Assembly: GCF_001194135.2 (NCBI RefSeq)
Contig: NC_068984.1
Coordinates: forward strand, 114,771,488 to 114,835,487
Reading direction: 5' to 3'
Length of the DNA: 64,000 bases
DNA from: Octopus bimaculoides
Lineage: Eukaryota
This document shows positions 39,311 through 52,087 of this stretch, one piece after another (the first letter of the stretch is position 1; each line of letters starts with the position of its first letter). The notes below the pieces were generated by a model that ran no database searches, was not told the origin of the DNA, and saw only the letters and a list, made by a program, of their open reading frames with translations. A program made the translations under genes and the position numbers.

Positions 39311-39543
39311 CCCATTCATGCACAATTATTGATTATTTTTTTCTAACTCTCTTCCTTCCGTGTTCTGTCACTAACCTCCTCCTTCCCAAGACACTCATAT
39401 CCCTCCATTGATCATGCCTCCAATCTTGTTCCATTCACTGCATTCATCTCTAAGCATCTGTCACTCTCCTTTTATACTCTAAAAAAGAGCTTATCCGTCC
39501 CCGCTTCCAGATTCTTGCTATTTTCTCCTATACTCATGTACTT

Positions 39544-39918
39544 GTGGAGGCGCAATGGCCCAGTGGTTAGGGCAGTGGACTTGCGGTCATAGGACCGCGG
39601 TTTCGATTCCCAGACCGGGCGTTGTGAGTGTTTATTGAGCGAAAACACCTAAAGCTCCACGAGGCTCCAGCAGGGGATGGTGGCGAACCCTGCTGTACTC
39701 TTCCACCACAACTTTCTCTCACTCTTTCTTCCTGTTTTTGTTGTGCCTGTAATTCAAATGGTCAGCCTTGTCACGCTGAATATCCCCGAGAACTCTGTTA
39801 AGGGTACACGTGTCTGTGGAGTGCTCAGCCACTTGCACGTTAATTTCACGAGCAGGCTGTTCCGTTGATCGGATCAACTGGAATCCTCGACGTCGTAAGC
39901 GACAGAGTGCCAACAACA
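39544..39918 (+). mobile_element. SINE family A copy in NDUFA4 intron 3
   Basis: Same head, body and tail as 13503-13890. Confidence 0.88.
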
Positions 39919-41740
39919 TGTACTTGTATCTTAAAAGTATGCTCTAACACTTCATCACCACCTTCATTGTCTTCTTCACAGCTATTCCCACTCACCTTAT
40001 ATAATGTTGGGCAGCCATGCATCACCTTTATAACAAGACAGTTGTACCTGTCCGTCTGTCATACTTAAGCCTCTCGACACCTGGCATAAAGCCACCACTC
40101 TTTCTACTATAACCCCACTCAGTTGAGGGGTCTTTTTCTTTGTTTAAAAGGGATAAACTTGGCCACCAATGTAAAAGCAGATCCAAATGGACTAAGTATA
40201 TAATACAATATTTTTCTTGGGTGCATTAGAAAAAGGGATTCTGGACATTTCTATTGTTCACCTTTATAATAAATATTTCTTACATAATAATTTTAGAAGT
40301 GGCAAAAAAAAGGGAAAGAAGATATTTGCTTTTCTCAAGGCTATGAGGAGAAAATATCACCATGGCTGTGTGGTAATTAGCTTGCTTACCAACCATGTGG
40401 TTCCGTGTTCAGTCCCACTGCGTGGCACCTTGGGCAAGTGTCTTCTACTATAGCCTCAGACTGACCAAAGCCTTGTGAGTGGATTTGGTAGACGGAAACT
40501 GAAAGAAGCCTGTCGTATGTATGTATGTATATATNNNNNNNNNNNNNNNNNNNNNNNNNNNNNNNNNNNNNNNNNNNNNNNNNNNNNNNNNNNNNNNNNN
40601 NNNNNNNNNNNNNNNNNNNNNNNNNNNNNNNNNNNNNNNNNNNNNNNNNNNNNNNNNNNNNNNNNNNNNNNNNNNNNNNNNNNNNNNNNNNNNNNNNNNN
40701 NNNNNNNNNNNNNNNNNNNNNNNNNNNNNNNNNNNNNNNNNNNNNNNNNNNNNNNNNNNNNNNNNNNNNNNNNNNNNNNNNNNNNNNNNNNNNNNNNNNN
40801 NNNNNNNNNNNNNNNNNNNNNNNNNNNNNNNNNNNNNNNNNNNNNNNNNNNNNNNNNNNNNNNNNNNNNNNNNNNNNNNNNNNNNNNNNNNNNNNNNNNN
40901 NNNNNNNNNNNNNNNNNNNNNNNNNNNNNNNNNNNNNNNNNNNNNNNNNNNNNNNNNNNNNNNNNNNNNNNNNNNNNNNNNNNNNNNNNNNNNNNNNNNN
41001 NNNNNNNNNNNNNNNNNNNNNNNNNNNNNNNNNNNNNNNNNNNNNNNNNNNNNNNNNNNNNNNNNNNNNNNNNNNNNNNNNNNNNNNNNNNNNNNNNNNN
41101 NNNNNNNNNNNNNNNNNNNNNNNNNNNNNNNNNNNNNNNTATATATATATATATATATATATTTCGTTTTTGTATCTGTATGCGTGTATTAATCATATTG
41201 GTGTAATGACTCTCTCTAGACACAAAATATACACACACACACACAGTGTGTAGAACACAAAGTGTGGTAGAGATATTGCAGAATAGGATTTAGATGGATG
41301 AGAACTTGAAGTCCCAACTCCTTCATCCATGACTAGTGCCTCCACTGTTAAAAGTTAGATAAAAGAATGATCCTTGTTGAGCTGTTATGGAGGTAACAAG
41401 AAAGATAAACACAAATGAACCTTATGCAAATAATTACATGGAATACAAAATACAGAATAAGGAATAAAGTAAACCAAAGAGATTGTGTAATAGTCTATTA
41501 CATGACTCCATTTGTTTACTTTATTCCATGCTCTGTATATTTTATTCTATGTAGATATTCACATTAAGCCTACTTCTGTTTATCTGCCTTTCTAACCCTC
41601 TCCATATATATTCATATATTCCTGTTGACATAGATAATCTACTATCTGGCACATTGCCACTCCTTGAAATGTTTATTTGATATATGCCAAATTCATAAAC
41701 TTTCATTTCCTCTTTTATTTTTTTAATTTGTATTTTTCAG

Positions 41741-41803
41741 TTCTATTCACCAAATATAAAGTACAGTGAACTAAAACACCCCGAAGAACGACCAGACATT
41801 TAA
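41741..41803 (+). CDS. NDUFA4: NDUFA4 exon 4 (FYSPNIKYSELKHPEERPDI*); total protein 83 aa
   Basis: tttttcag acceptor and TAA stop. Human has FYSVNVDYSKLKKERPDF*. Confidence 0.92.
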   Translation, partial: FYSPNIKYSELKHPEERPDI

Positions 41804-41918
41804 ATTAATTATGTCTTAGGACAAATGAGCAAGCAGCATTAGGAACTTTCGACAAGATCTTTGGGTTTTTTTTGTTTTTTTGCAAATCTAATTAGTTATA
41901 CAATTGTTGTACATCAAT

Positions 41919-41924
41919 AATAAA
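41919..41924 (+). terminator. Candidate polyadenylation signal AATAAA for NDUFA4
   Basis: First AATAAA, about 115 nt after the stop codon. Confidence 0.55.
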
Positions 41925-42437
41925 AGATCTTTCGTGAACCAATCCTAATATTTCTCTTTTGTTATTTTCTACAAGCATTAATTGTTGACCTTGTTAAATG
42001 AAGGCAAAAGAAATAACAAATTTCAAGCCCACTATCTATGAATAGTTAGTGGGCTGTCCTGTGTATCACATATGAGATTCCTTGTCATCCATGCATCATA
42101 AATGATACACATTCCTAATTTTTTTTCAACTTCCAAAGTAACAGGGGACATTTTAAAAGAAAACTTTGTTACTCAGAACATATAAAACAAGCGCTAACTA
42201 AAAATTTCAGAACAAACTTGTAAAAGTGCTTTGGTTAGACAAAGAACCAGGACAGAGGAATTTATTAACGGTCTGGTGGGTGTGAGTGGTAGTGTCAGGC
42301 TGTTCTGTTTATGCCTGTTTTAAAACTTTTGAACTGGATAACCATGACTTTGCCAAGCTTTGTCTTTCTTTGGTTGAACACCATAAACCTATCATTGGTG
42401 TCTTATACATGCATGTATGTGTGTGTGTATATATATA

Positions 42438-42814
42438 TTGTTTGTTGTTGGCACTCCGTCGCTTACGACGTCGAGGGTTCCAATTGATCCTATCAACGGA
42501 ACAGCCTGCTCGTGAAATTAACATGCAAGTGGCTGAGCACTCCACAGACACGTGTACCCGTAATGTAGTTCTCGGGGATAATCAGCGTGACATGGCTGAC
42601 CCTTTGAATTACAGGCACAAGAGAAACGGAGTAAGAGTGAGAGAAAGTTGTGGTGGAAGAGTACAGCAGGGTTCGCCACCATCCCCTGCCGGAGCCTCGT
42701 GGAGCTTTAGGTGTTTTCGCTCAATAAACACTCACAACGCCCGGCCTGGGAATTGAAACCGAGATCCTACGACCACGAGTCCGCTGCCCTAACCACTGGG
42801 CCATTGCGCCTCCA
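42438..42814 (-). mobile_element. SINE family A copy downstream of NDUFA4
   Basis: Same family, small internal deletion. Confidence 0.88.
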
Positions 42815-42899
42815 AACATATATACACACACACACACACATACAAACACGTAATATAATTTTGAAATTACAAACGTCTAGCCACTTGAGACTTGTGAGT

Positions 42900-45020
42900 C
42901 CTCTCTCTTCATGATCCTAGCGGACAAAATGGAAAAGGCGTTGCCCTGGTAGATGGTGAGGGAGACATACTGGAACATCCACTCTTGGTTCATGGGGTTC
43001 ACATTTGCTGATAGTCATCTCTGCCCTGATAGCAGTGATGTAGTGTAGGACCCAAGAACACTGCCACAGGCTTGACCACAAATGTCAGAGAGCAGCTGAT
43101 ACTTTGACAATTTGCCCTTTTCAGCTTGATGAGCAGCAAAGCCTGGGCTGGTGCTAAACACCAGGTTGCTGCTCAAAAACACAGACACCAAGCCTTGGGA
43201 AAACACCAATGTGTAAATAATTGCTATTCAACTGAGTGCCGGTTGAGAGTGATGACACTATTGTGGGGCTGGGAGGCTGAGTGGAAACATGCCAGATGGT
43301 ACACCTGGTTGTCTGATCAAGCTACACTGGATGGCATTATATTTGTTTTGACAGGATTGGGGGGTCTACAAAGGGGAGAAGGAAATGGATATCTGCAGGG
43401 GGTGAAGGAAGAGCTGGTTTCATGTCAGGGTCAATTGCATCTAAGGAAGTAATGATTGCACACTGAGACAAGCCATGAAGTCCTCTGCATCATAATTAAT
43501 ATGCATGATCTCTGACTTGGACAAGTTGATCTGAAGGCCAATGTTCGCCAGAGTGGGAACTATCGATCAGAAATCAAGGCAGACACTTTCTGTGAACATC
43601 TCATTGTCCGGTTACCAGATGTTGAAAGCAGCTGTGATGATCTGAGCAATGCTGTCCACCCTGAAAGCAAAGAGATGGGGGTGGGGGTCCAGTGGATCAT
43701 CCTGTTGGACGTCAGTCAAGAGGTGTATGACCTTATCTGCTATGAGGAACATGCTCAGAGACCCATATAATAGGCAAGGCAGTGGGTAGGCAGACAGGCA
43801 GGCCTAAAGCAAGTGGTCATGGTGCAGAGAGTTGAAGGTATTTTTCATGTCAAGCTTAATGAAGTGCCTAGGATCACTTGATGCTGGCTGAGTAGGACAG
43901 TCATCAAAGAACTGTCTTGCAGTGTGGGCAGCTCCCTTGCACCTGCTGGCTGCACCAGGCTGAGTTTCTTGCCTAGTTCAGATGTGAGAGACCTGCAGGT
44001 GACCTTGGTTGCAAGCCTCCAAAAGACATTGCCCACAGCAATGAGGCATATGCCACCATCCTTCTTCATGAGAGCTTTTATGTGGATTGAAAAGATTATG
44101 TGGCTTGGAAATAAGGGTCCAGGGTACCGTAAATAAACTCATTAGTGAGAGCCATAATTGTATGCAGCAGGTGCATCCAGCTTCGGCAGTAAGGGGAGAC
44201 ATCAAATTTTTGAGATGGTTGGGTCAGAGATCATCAATGTCTCTGTTGTTAGTGGCAGGTAAGCCTTCAGAGCAGAGAGGATGTCTTTCTTGGAGGCCAT
44301 GTATTGTAACTGAGAGTTGGGTAGAGCTATGGGTCTGGTCTGCAGATGGCTCAGGATGTTTGAGCTAAAGGGTGGCCAAGACCTCCTTGATAAAATAGAG
44401 GACGGTTTATTCAGAAACTACTCTGATGGCAGCTGAGACATCACCCTCATTGTGTTTGTTTATCCACTTGTACGAATGCTTTGAGCTAGTGTCAGAGGTG
44501 GAGGACTGCAGGCTCATGAATGAATGGAGTGCAGCATGTTCAGACACACTGGACATGAGCGCCTGCTGCCTGAATGTCAAAATGTTGACCCAGATGAAAA
44601 TTTTTGACAGGCCACCTTGATCAGCACCTTTATTGAGGAGGCTGATTGCAACTAGAGCAATATATAATAGTCAGTTCCAATCACTGAGTTGACCAGAGTC
44701 CAAAGCTATACCAACTGAAGATGTGTTGGCATCAACCACCAGCACTCAGGTCGCTTTCAGGATCTCAAGAAGGATGTTTCGAAGCTTCCTGAGCCAGGTG
44801 ATATTGGACATTGAGCAGGCATGCTGTTTTGTTCAAGGGTGTGGTGGATGACTGCAGGTGTACAGCTGAGGGGAATAGGCAACTGCTGCATCTCTACGTC
44901 GCGTGCACATTCAAGGTCTGTCGTGTGAGGCCAACTCAGGAGAAATGATGGGAGCAACCACACCCTGAGCAGTTCACACCTCTTCTACCTGTTACAATAA
45001 AAGGGAAGAGACAAACCTGA
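42900..45020 (-). mobile_element. Degraded CRE-like (restriction-like endonuclease) non-LTR retrotransposon
   Basis: Frameshifted motifs: IAVGNVFWRLATK (RT RPIAVG motif), KLDMKNTFNSL, a REL-region stretch GFAAHQAEKGKLSKY, and C-terminal EWMFQYVSLTIYQGNAFSIL. A C-x2-C motif sits near the 5' end. Confidence 0.72.
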
Positions 45021-45157
45021 AAGAAAAGTTTTAGATATTCGAAATCTTGCCCCCTTTTTTCCCTTTCCTTCTCTTTTTTCTTTTACCCCGTGTTAAGCAC
45101 AATACTCGCATGGGATCTGCTTGTCCAGTGAATTTCAACTATTTTTATGTGTAAATG

Positions 45158-45855
45158 GTGAAGGCATGTGGCTTAGTGGTTAGGGTATAGGCTCATGATC
45201 ATGAGGTTGTGAGTGCAATTTCCAGTGACGCGTCGTGTCCTTGAGCAAGACACTTTATTTCACGTTGCTTCAGTCCACTCAGCTGGTAAAAATGAGTAGT
45301 ACCTGTATTTCAAAGGGCCAGCCTCGTCACACTCTGTGTCACGCTGAATCCCACTGAGAACTACGTTAAGGGTACACGTGTCTGTGGATTACTCAGTCAC
45401 TTGCACGTTAATTTCACGAGTAAGCTGTTCCGTTGATCGTATCAGCTGGGACTCTCGTCGTCGTAACCGACGGAGTGCTCTTTTGTGAAGGCGCAATGGC
45501 CCAGTGGTTAGGGCAGCGGACTTGCGGTCGTAGGCTCGCGGTTTCGATCCCCAGACCGGACGTTGTGAGTGTTTATTGAGGGAAAACACTTAAAGCTCCA
45601 CATGGCTCCCGCAGGAGGTGGCGGCGAACCCTGTTGTACTCTTTCACCACAACTTTCTCTCACTCTCTCTTCCTGTTTGTGTTGTACCTGTATGTCAAAG
45701 GGCTAGTGTGTCACGGTGAATCTACCCGAGAACTACAGTAAGGGTAAACATGTCTGTGGAGTGCTCAGCCACTTGCACATTAATTTCACAAGCAGGCTGT
45801 TCTGTCGATCAGATCAACTGGAACCCTCGTCATCATAACCGACGGAGTGTCACAA
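45158..45855 (+). mobile_element. Tandem SINE dimer: variant-head SINE (45158-45484) fused tail-to-head with a family A SINE (45485-45855)
   Basis: Two successive tRNA-like heads (GTGAAGGC...TGG...AGTGGTTAGGG) each followed by the family A 3' tail. Confidence 0.8.
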
Positions 45856-46488
45856 TGTGTAAATTAATTGCAGAAGCAATGTATGCAAGGGAGATAACTT
45901 CTGAGGGCTTATAATGTGAATCATGTGAAATGTTTAATTGGTAGCACACACACTCGTAAAAAAAAAAAAAAAAAAAAGACTTCGGAATGTGTAACAATAG
46001 CTAACATTCAAAACGACCTCTTGCATGAAATGATGCCAAGTCAAGAAACTGGAAAATTTGATGCATTGCAAATCTTTTCTAACACGTACTAGCTAGTATA
46101 TACAAACGAGTTCAAACAATATATCTAATGATAATTCTAATTTTGGCTCAAAGCCCGAAAATTTGAGTTGTGGGGAGCAAGTCGATTACATCAACCCCTC
46201 TACTTACCCAGCCCGAAATGATGAAAAGAAAAGTAAGCCTTGTTAGAATTTTAACTCAGAAGGTAAAAAACCAGAAGAAATGCTACAGAGAAGTTTGTTT
46301 GAAATGCTAACAATTCTTCCAGCTTGCTGCTATCTGTTCATGAAAATACTAATAATAAGAGAGTATTGTAGTTCGCTCGAAGCATTGTGTATTGTTTGTA
46401 AAGAATAAAAAGTTTAGAATGGTATAACAATGCACTATAGAACAAAAAATGGACTATATACCTGTTGTAACTTGGTTATCTATAGTCC

Positions 46489-46524
46489 GATGATATTTCG
46501 GAATTACAATTCCTTCTTCAGATC
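46489..46524 (-). ncRNA. Candidate minimal type I hammerhead ribozyme (Penelope-like type)
   Basis: GAT-CTGAAGA-A-GGAAT-TGTA-ATTCC-GAAA-TATC-ATC contains the conserved core boxes, a perfect 5-bp stem II and a palindromic ATAT mini-stem III. Stem I is only 3 bp. Confidence 0.5.
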
Positions 46525-46865
46525 TTATTTGCTGGAGTCTAGAGACTAATAATAAGCTTATTGTATATAATGAGATGTGCTACAACTCGTTGGAAAAGTG
46601 TAAAGGCGGGGTACAGAAAGGGGTAATAAATCAAATAAACAAAGGTATCAATAATAGCCTAATAGATCACAAAAAGACAAAAATGAATTGTAAAAAAGCC
46701 ATAAAGAGGAAAAGGTATGTTGAATAATGTCTGAATTTTGGGAAGCGTGCAATTTTTGAAGGAAGCAGTACCCTGACAGGTAACAACCAATATGGATAGT
46801 TTATTCCATGCTTTGACAGTTCTGAGCATGAAACCATGTTTCCTGAGGTCATGGGTGCTATGCAA

Positions 46866-47027
46866 TGCCCGGTCTGGGAATTGAAACCGCAAGCCTACGA
46901 CTGCAAGTCCACTGCCCTAACCACTGGGCCATTGCGCCTTCACAAAGGAGCACTCCGTCGGTTACGACGACAAGAGTCCCAGCTAATACGATCAACGGAA
47001 CAGCTTGCTCATGAAATTAACGTAAAC
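46866..47027 (-). mobile_element. Inverted partial copy of the SINE dimer junction
   Basis: Reverse complement of about 45404-45560, including the same tail/head junction. Confidence 0.8.
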
Positions 47028-49372
47028 ATGAATTAGACTACCATCATGAGCTATGTATATATTGGTTTTAAATTTTGGCGCAAAGCCTACAAATTCAAGG
47101 GAGGGGGTAAGTCGATTACATCGACCCCAGTGCTAAACTGGTGCTTATTCTATCGACCCCCAAAAAGGGATGACAGGCTAGGTTGACCTTGGCAGAATTT
47201 GACCTCTGAATGTAAAGATGGACGAAATGCCACTAAGCATTTTTGCCCAACGCAGTAACAATTCTGCCAGCTCGCTGCTTTCATGAGCTCTAAATATATA
47301 ATTAACTATAGGCAAGAAAGTTTTAAGCATTTCAGCTTACCTATTGAGCTACAGATGCAAAGTACTTTGTTAATTTAATGTCCGTTTTTTTTTTTGTTGT
47401 CATATGTATATATATATGTGTGTGTGTGTCTGTGTTTGTACCCCCAACATCGCTTGACAACCGATGCTGGTGTGTTTACGTCACCGTAACTTAGCGGTTC
47501 GGAAAAAGAGACCGATAGAATAAGTACTAGGCTTACAAAGAATAAGTCCTGGGATCGACTTGCACGACTAAAGGCAGTGCTCCAGCATGGCCACAGTCAA
47601 ATGACTGAAACAAGTAAAAGAGTATTGTTTAGAATGTGGAAATGTGTATGATAGACTGCAGTTCTATTAGAGTTAATGTTATGTAGTCTTGAGTTGAGTA
47701 TCTACTTTGCTTTCTTCTGTGGAAAATTTTTTATTTGTTCAAGTCAGTTTACTAATACTCGTACTCCGTGTTCCATGAGGAAAGAGCAAAATAAAGTAAA
47801 GAGATCATACACTAATTAGCATTGAATAATTCTTTCTGAAATACATCATCAAAATTTCTTAGTGTTATAAAGAATTATGTAGACTAGCTCTGCTGTTTAA
47901 CAGACATTTATCACCATCAATAGTTAATGTCCGTTTTCCATGCTGGAATGGGTTGGATGGTATAACAGGATCTAAGAAGCCATAGGACAGCACTGGGCTC
48001 CAATGCTGGCTTTGACATGTTTTCTATAACTAGATGCCCTTCCTAACACCAGCCTCTTTACATTATATCTATTGCTTTTTTTCGTAACCCCAGCACTAAT
48101 GAGATCGCCAAGTAACTTGCAAGACAAAGTAAAGAAAGGGAAAAAAAAAACTCTTGACTGAGTGAGGGGTATATCTGAGAGAGTGGGAGGTAGCTTTAAG
48201 CCAGGTGTTGAAGGCTACAGTAAGAGAGAAAGCATAGAAAAGTGGGCATAGAAATGATGGATGACTGATGATAAACATACACACATACATGCATACATAC
48301 ATTTCAAATTTTAGCACAAAGCCAGCAATTTTGGGGAAGTGGGGAAGTTGATTACATTGACCCCAGTGTTCAACTGCTACTTATTTTATCAACCCTAAAA
48401 GGATGAAAGGCAGCCTTGGCAGAATTTGATCTCAGAACATAAATATGGGTAAAAATTCTGCTAAGCATTTTACCCAGTATGCTAATGATTCTTATTTCTT
48501 TATTGCCCACAAGGGGCTAAACATAGAGGGGACAAACAAGGACAGACAAATGGATTAAGTCTATTACATCGAACCCAGTGTGTAACTGGTACTTAATCTA
48601 TCGACCCCGAAAGGATGAAAGGCAAAGTCAACTTCGGCGGAATTTGAACTCAGAATGTAACGGCAAACAAAATACCGCTAAGCATTTCGCCCGCCATGCT
48701 AATGATTCTACCAACTCGCTGCCTTATGCTAATGATTTGTCACCAGTATGCTAATAATTCTGCCAGCTTACTGCCTTTATACATGCAAACATATTGACAA
48801 GAAGTAAGCTACTGACAGCCTATATAATCATATAATGAGTCATCGAATCAACTTATGTGATGTGTCAAGGGTATATTTGCCTTTCAAAACATCTCTCTCT
48901 CTCTCTCTTTTAATTTGAAAGATATGGGCTACTATTTAATATTACAAGTTCAAAGGAGTGAAGTTGGGAAGTAAAAATGCATCACAGACACTGTTTGTTG
49001 AAAGCTTACTCTCTGAGGGAAAAGATTTTCTCTCCAGTGAAGGACAGATTATATTATGCTTGTGTATCAAGTGCAATATTATATGGGAGTAAAACAAGGA
49101 CAATAATTATGAAGAATTGCGCTGACACTAGAAATGAATTAGGGACGCATGTTCTATTTGATGTGTAATGTTAGCATGCATAAATGATGGAGCACAAATG
49201 AACTGAGAGAAAAATAATGTGTGTATGTGCGTGCATATGTGATGTGTCATCATCATCATTTAACATTCACTTTTCCATGCCTGCATGGGCTGAATGGTGA
49301 TTATGGAGGCAGATTTTCTATACTCAGATACCTTTCCTGTCACTAATCCTTTCTTGTTTCACAGCAACTCTT

Positions 49373-49708
49373 TTACTTGTTCCAGTCATTTGACTGTGGC
49401 CATACTGGAGCACCGCCTTTAGTCGAGAAAATCGACCCCAGGACTTATTCTTTGTAAGCCTAGTACTTATTCTATCGGTCTCTTTTTGCCGAACCGCTAA
49501 GTTACGGGGGACGTAAACACACCAGCATCGGTTGTCAAGCGATGGTGGGGGGACAAACACAAACACACATATATATATACATATATACGACGGGCTTCTT
49601 TCAGTTTCCGTCTACCAAATCCACTCAGAAGGTTTTGGTCGGCCCGAGGCTATAGTAGAAGACACTTACCCAAGGTGCCACGCAGTGGGACTGAACCCGG
49701 AACCATGT
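49373..49708 (-). mobile_element. SINE family B copy
   Basis: Reverse complement of the 37722-38099 family. Confidence 0.85.
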
Positions 49709-50520
49709 TGATATTTTTTGCAGAATATTGGACATGAATGACACTGCTTGTGTGACAGTTTCATTCATTTACAACTATCACCCAATATCAAAACAAAGGG
49801 ACACAAACACACACACAGAGTCATGCTCATACACACATACCTTCACGCAAACACATTCACACACACATGTAGGATAGACTTCTTTCAGGGTTCGGTTCAC
49901 TAAATCCACTCACAAGGCTTTGGTCAGCCTGTAGCTTTAAGAGAAAATACTTGCCCAGGTGTCATACAGTGGGACTGAATCCAAAATGATGTGGTTCGGA
50001 AACAAACTTCTTAACTATGCCACCATAACTGTGCCTGTTATTATAAGAAATTTGAAGTTTACAAATAATAAATGGGATCTTACCTTTTCTTTATCCTCCA
50101 TATGTAATAGGCACTTTTTAAAAAATATCTGTTTGTGTAGTTTCTGTGGCCATGATACTTAATGCTAAGTTCATTTAGTTCTAAATAAAGATTTGATCAG
50201 TTTGTGTAAGTGTTGAAAAATTGTACATTGCTTTTCTTAGTCGGTTCTGCTAAAATTCAAGTTTTCCTGTTTGCTGCTTTGAATTACTATAGGAAAACCA
50301 CATTTATCAGCAATGCTCCTTAAATCTTATTGAGTCATATCAGTGTTAGACTTGTTGTATACTTCCGTTACACAAAACAAATATCTTTATTCTTATATAT
50401 ATATATCTCCAATGGAAGCCACTTATAATCATACATATTACCAAATGGTTATTGTTATCAGTCAACTGTTTTTATTGAAAGGCCTTCATCCTAAAAGGAT
50501 CATAATAAGAGGCCTCCAGT

Positions 50521-50563
<43 letters not shown>

Positions 50564-51700
50564 AAAAGCACTTAGTCCACTCTATGGGGTAGTTAGTGTT
50601 GGGAAGGGCATCCAGCAGTAAAAATCATGCCAAAACAGACACAGTAGCCTGGCTGGTTCCTGTCAAGCCATCCAACCCATGCCAGCATGGAAGACGGACG
50701 TTAGATGAAGATGATACATACATGATTACATACAAATTACGTCTTGGTTTTGTTTAGTGGCTAAAATTAAAGCATGTTTGATGTTCTAATTTGCTTCATA
50801 AATTTTCTTCCTCCTCTAGTTTCCATTTGAAAAGTATCCATTGGTAATGCCAATTGTCCAGTTGTACGTGTGTGCAAACTATATGTTAATGGAGAGTCTA
50901 TAGTGGTCTTCATTGCAGTCTATATATGACTGAAAATAAGGCTTAGGGAAGGAAATCAGTTAAATTTAATAACCTGATATAAAGATATGTTTGCTTTTGT
51001 TACTAGAACTTTGACCCGGATAAGTTTTCAATTTCCTTTTAGTTTTTAATATACTTGGTAATATTCAAATTCCTTCTCATAAAATTAGTAATCCAGAACC
51101 AGTGTTTTATTACACTTCATTTTATAAAACATAGATATATTATACAAGTTCCTTTTTGAAAAATATACTTGACTTGTGAATATTTTCTCAACCTGCAAAT
51201 ATCTTGAACTTTATTCTCGTAAATAAATAACTATGTTAGCATTATTATTTACATTACTTTCTTTCTCTCTATTTGTTAAAATGGACTTTGTACTTATTTC
51301 AAAAATGCATTTTATGCAGTTATCAGCTTAGTAATTTAAGTGCACACTTGACAATTGCTATCTTCTTGCATATTTTCTGTGTTAATAATATCAAGAATTA
51401 GAATAAAATGGAAAGAAATGGGAGATCACTAGACGAAATTTCCCTACAATATTTAATTGTATGAGTCTGTTAGTGAGTGTGTGTTTGTTACGTATGTTAG
51501 GCTGATGTCTGAGAAGCAAATAAAAAATAAAAATTTTGCTACACAGTGTAATTATTTACTTCTACCAAGAAAGAAAGATAGATAGATAGACAGACAACTA
51601 TCTATCTATCTATCTATCTATCTATTTATCTATATAGCTAGCTATATATATATATATAAATATTTGTATGTATGTATTTATTTATGTGTATATATTATAT

Positions 51701-52087
51701 GTGGAGGCGCAATAGCCCAGTGGTTAGGGCAGCGGACTCGTGGTCACAGGATCGCGGTTTTGATTCCCAGACCGGGCGTTGTGAGTGTTTATTGAGCGAA
51801 AACACCTAAAGCTCCACGAGGCTCCTGCAGGGGATGGTGGCGAACCCTGCTGTACTCTTTTACCACAACTTTCTCTCACTCTTACTTCCTGTTTCTGTTG
51901 TGCCTGTAATTCAAAGGGTCAGCCTTGTCACACTGTGTCACGCTGAATATCCCCGAGAACTACGTTAAGGGTACACATGTCTGTGGAGTGCTCAGCCACT
52001 TGCACGTTAATTTCACGAGCAGGCTGTTCCGTTGATCAGATCGACTGGAACCCTCGACGTCGTAAGCGACGGAGTGCCAACAACAAC
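51701..52087 (+). mobile_element. SINE family A copy
   Basis: Full head to (CAA)n tail. Confidence 0.88.

Noticed and set aside
39545-39615. tRNA gene calls at SINE heads with A/B boxes
   Set aside because: They lack a complete cloverleaf and continue into repeated SINE bodies, so they are tRNA-derived heads, not tRNA genes.
41804-41930. miR-210/miR-147-type seed site or embedded miRNA hairpin in the NDUFA4 3' UTR
   Set aside because: No CGCACA seed match and no convincing hairpin in the visible UTR.
42286-42756. 156-aa ORF and similar ...LRRLRRRG.QLIRSTEQPAREIN ORFs at 13460, 39719, 45389, 46836 and 51977
   Set aside because: These are antisense translations of SINE family A, recurring only because the repeat recurs.
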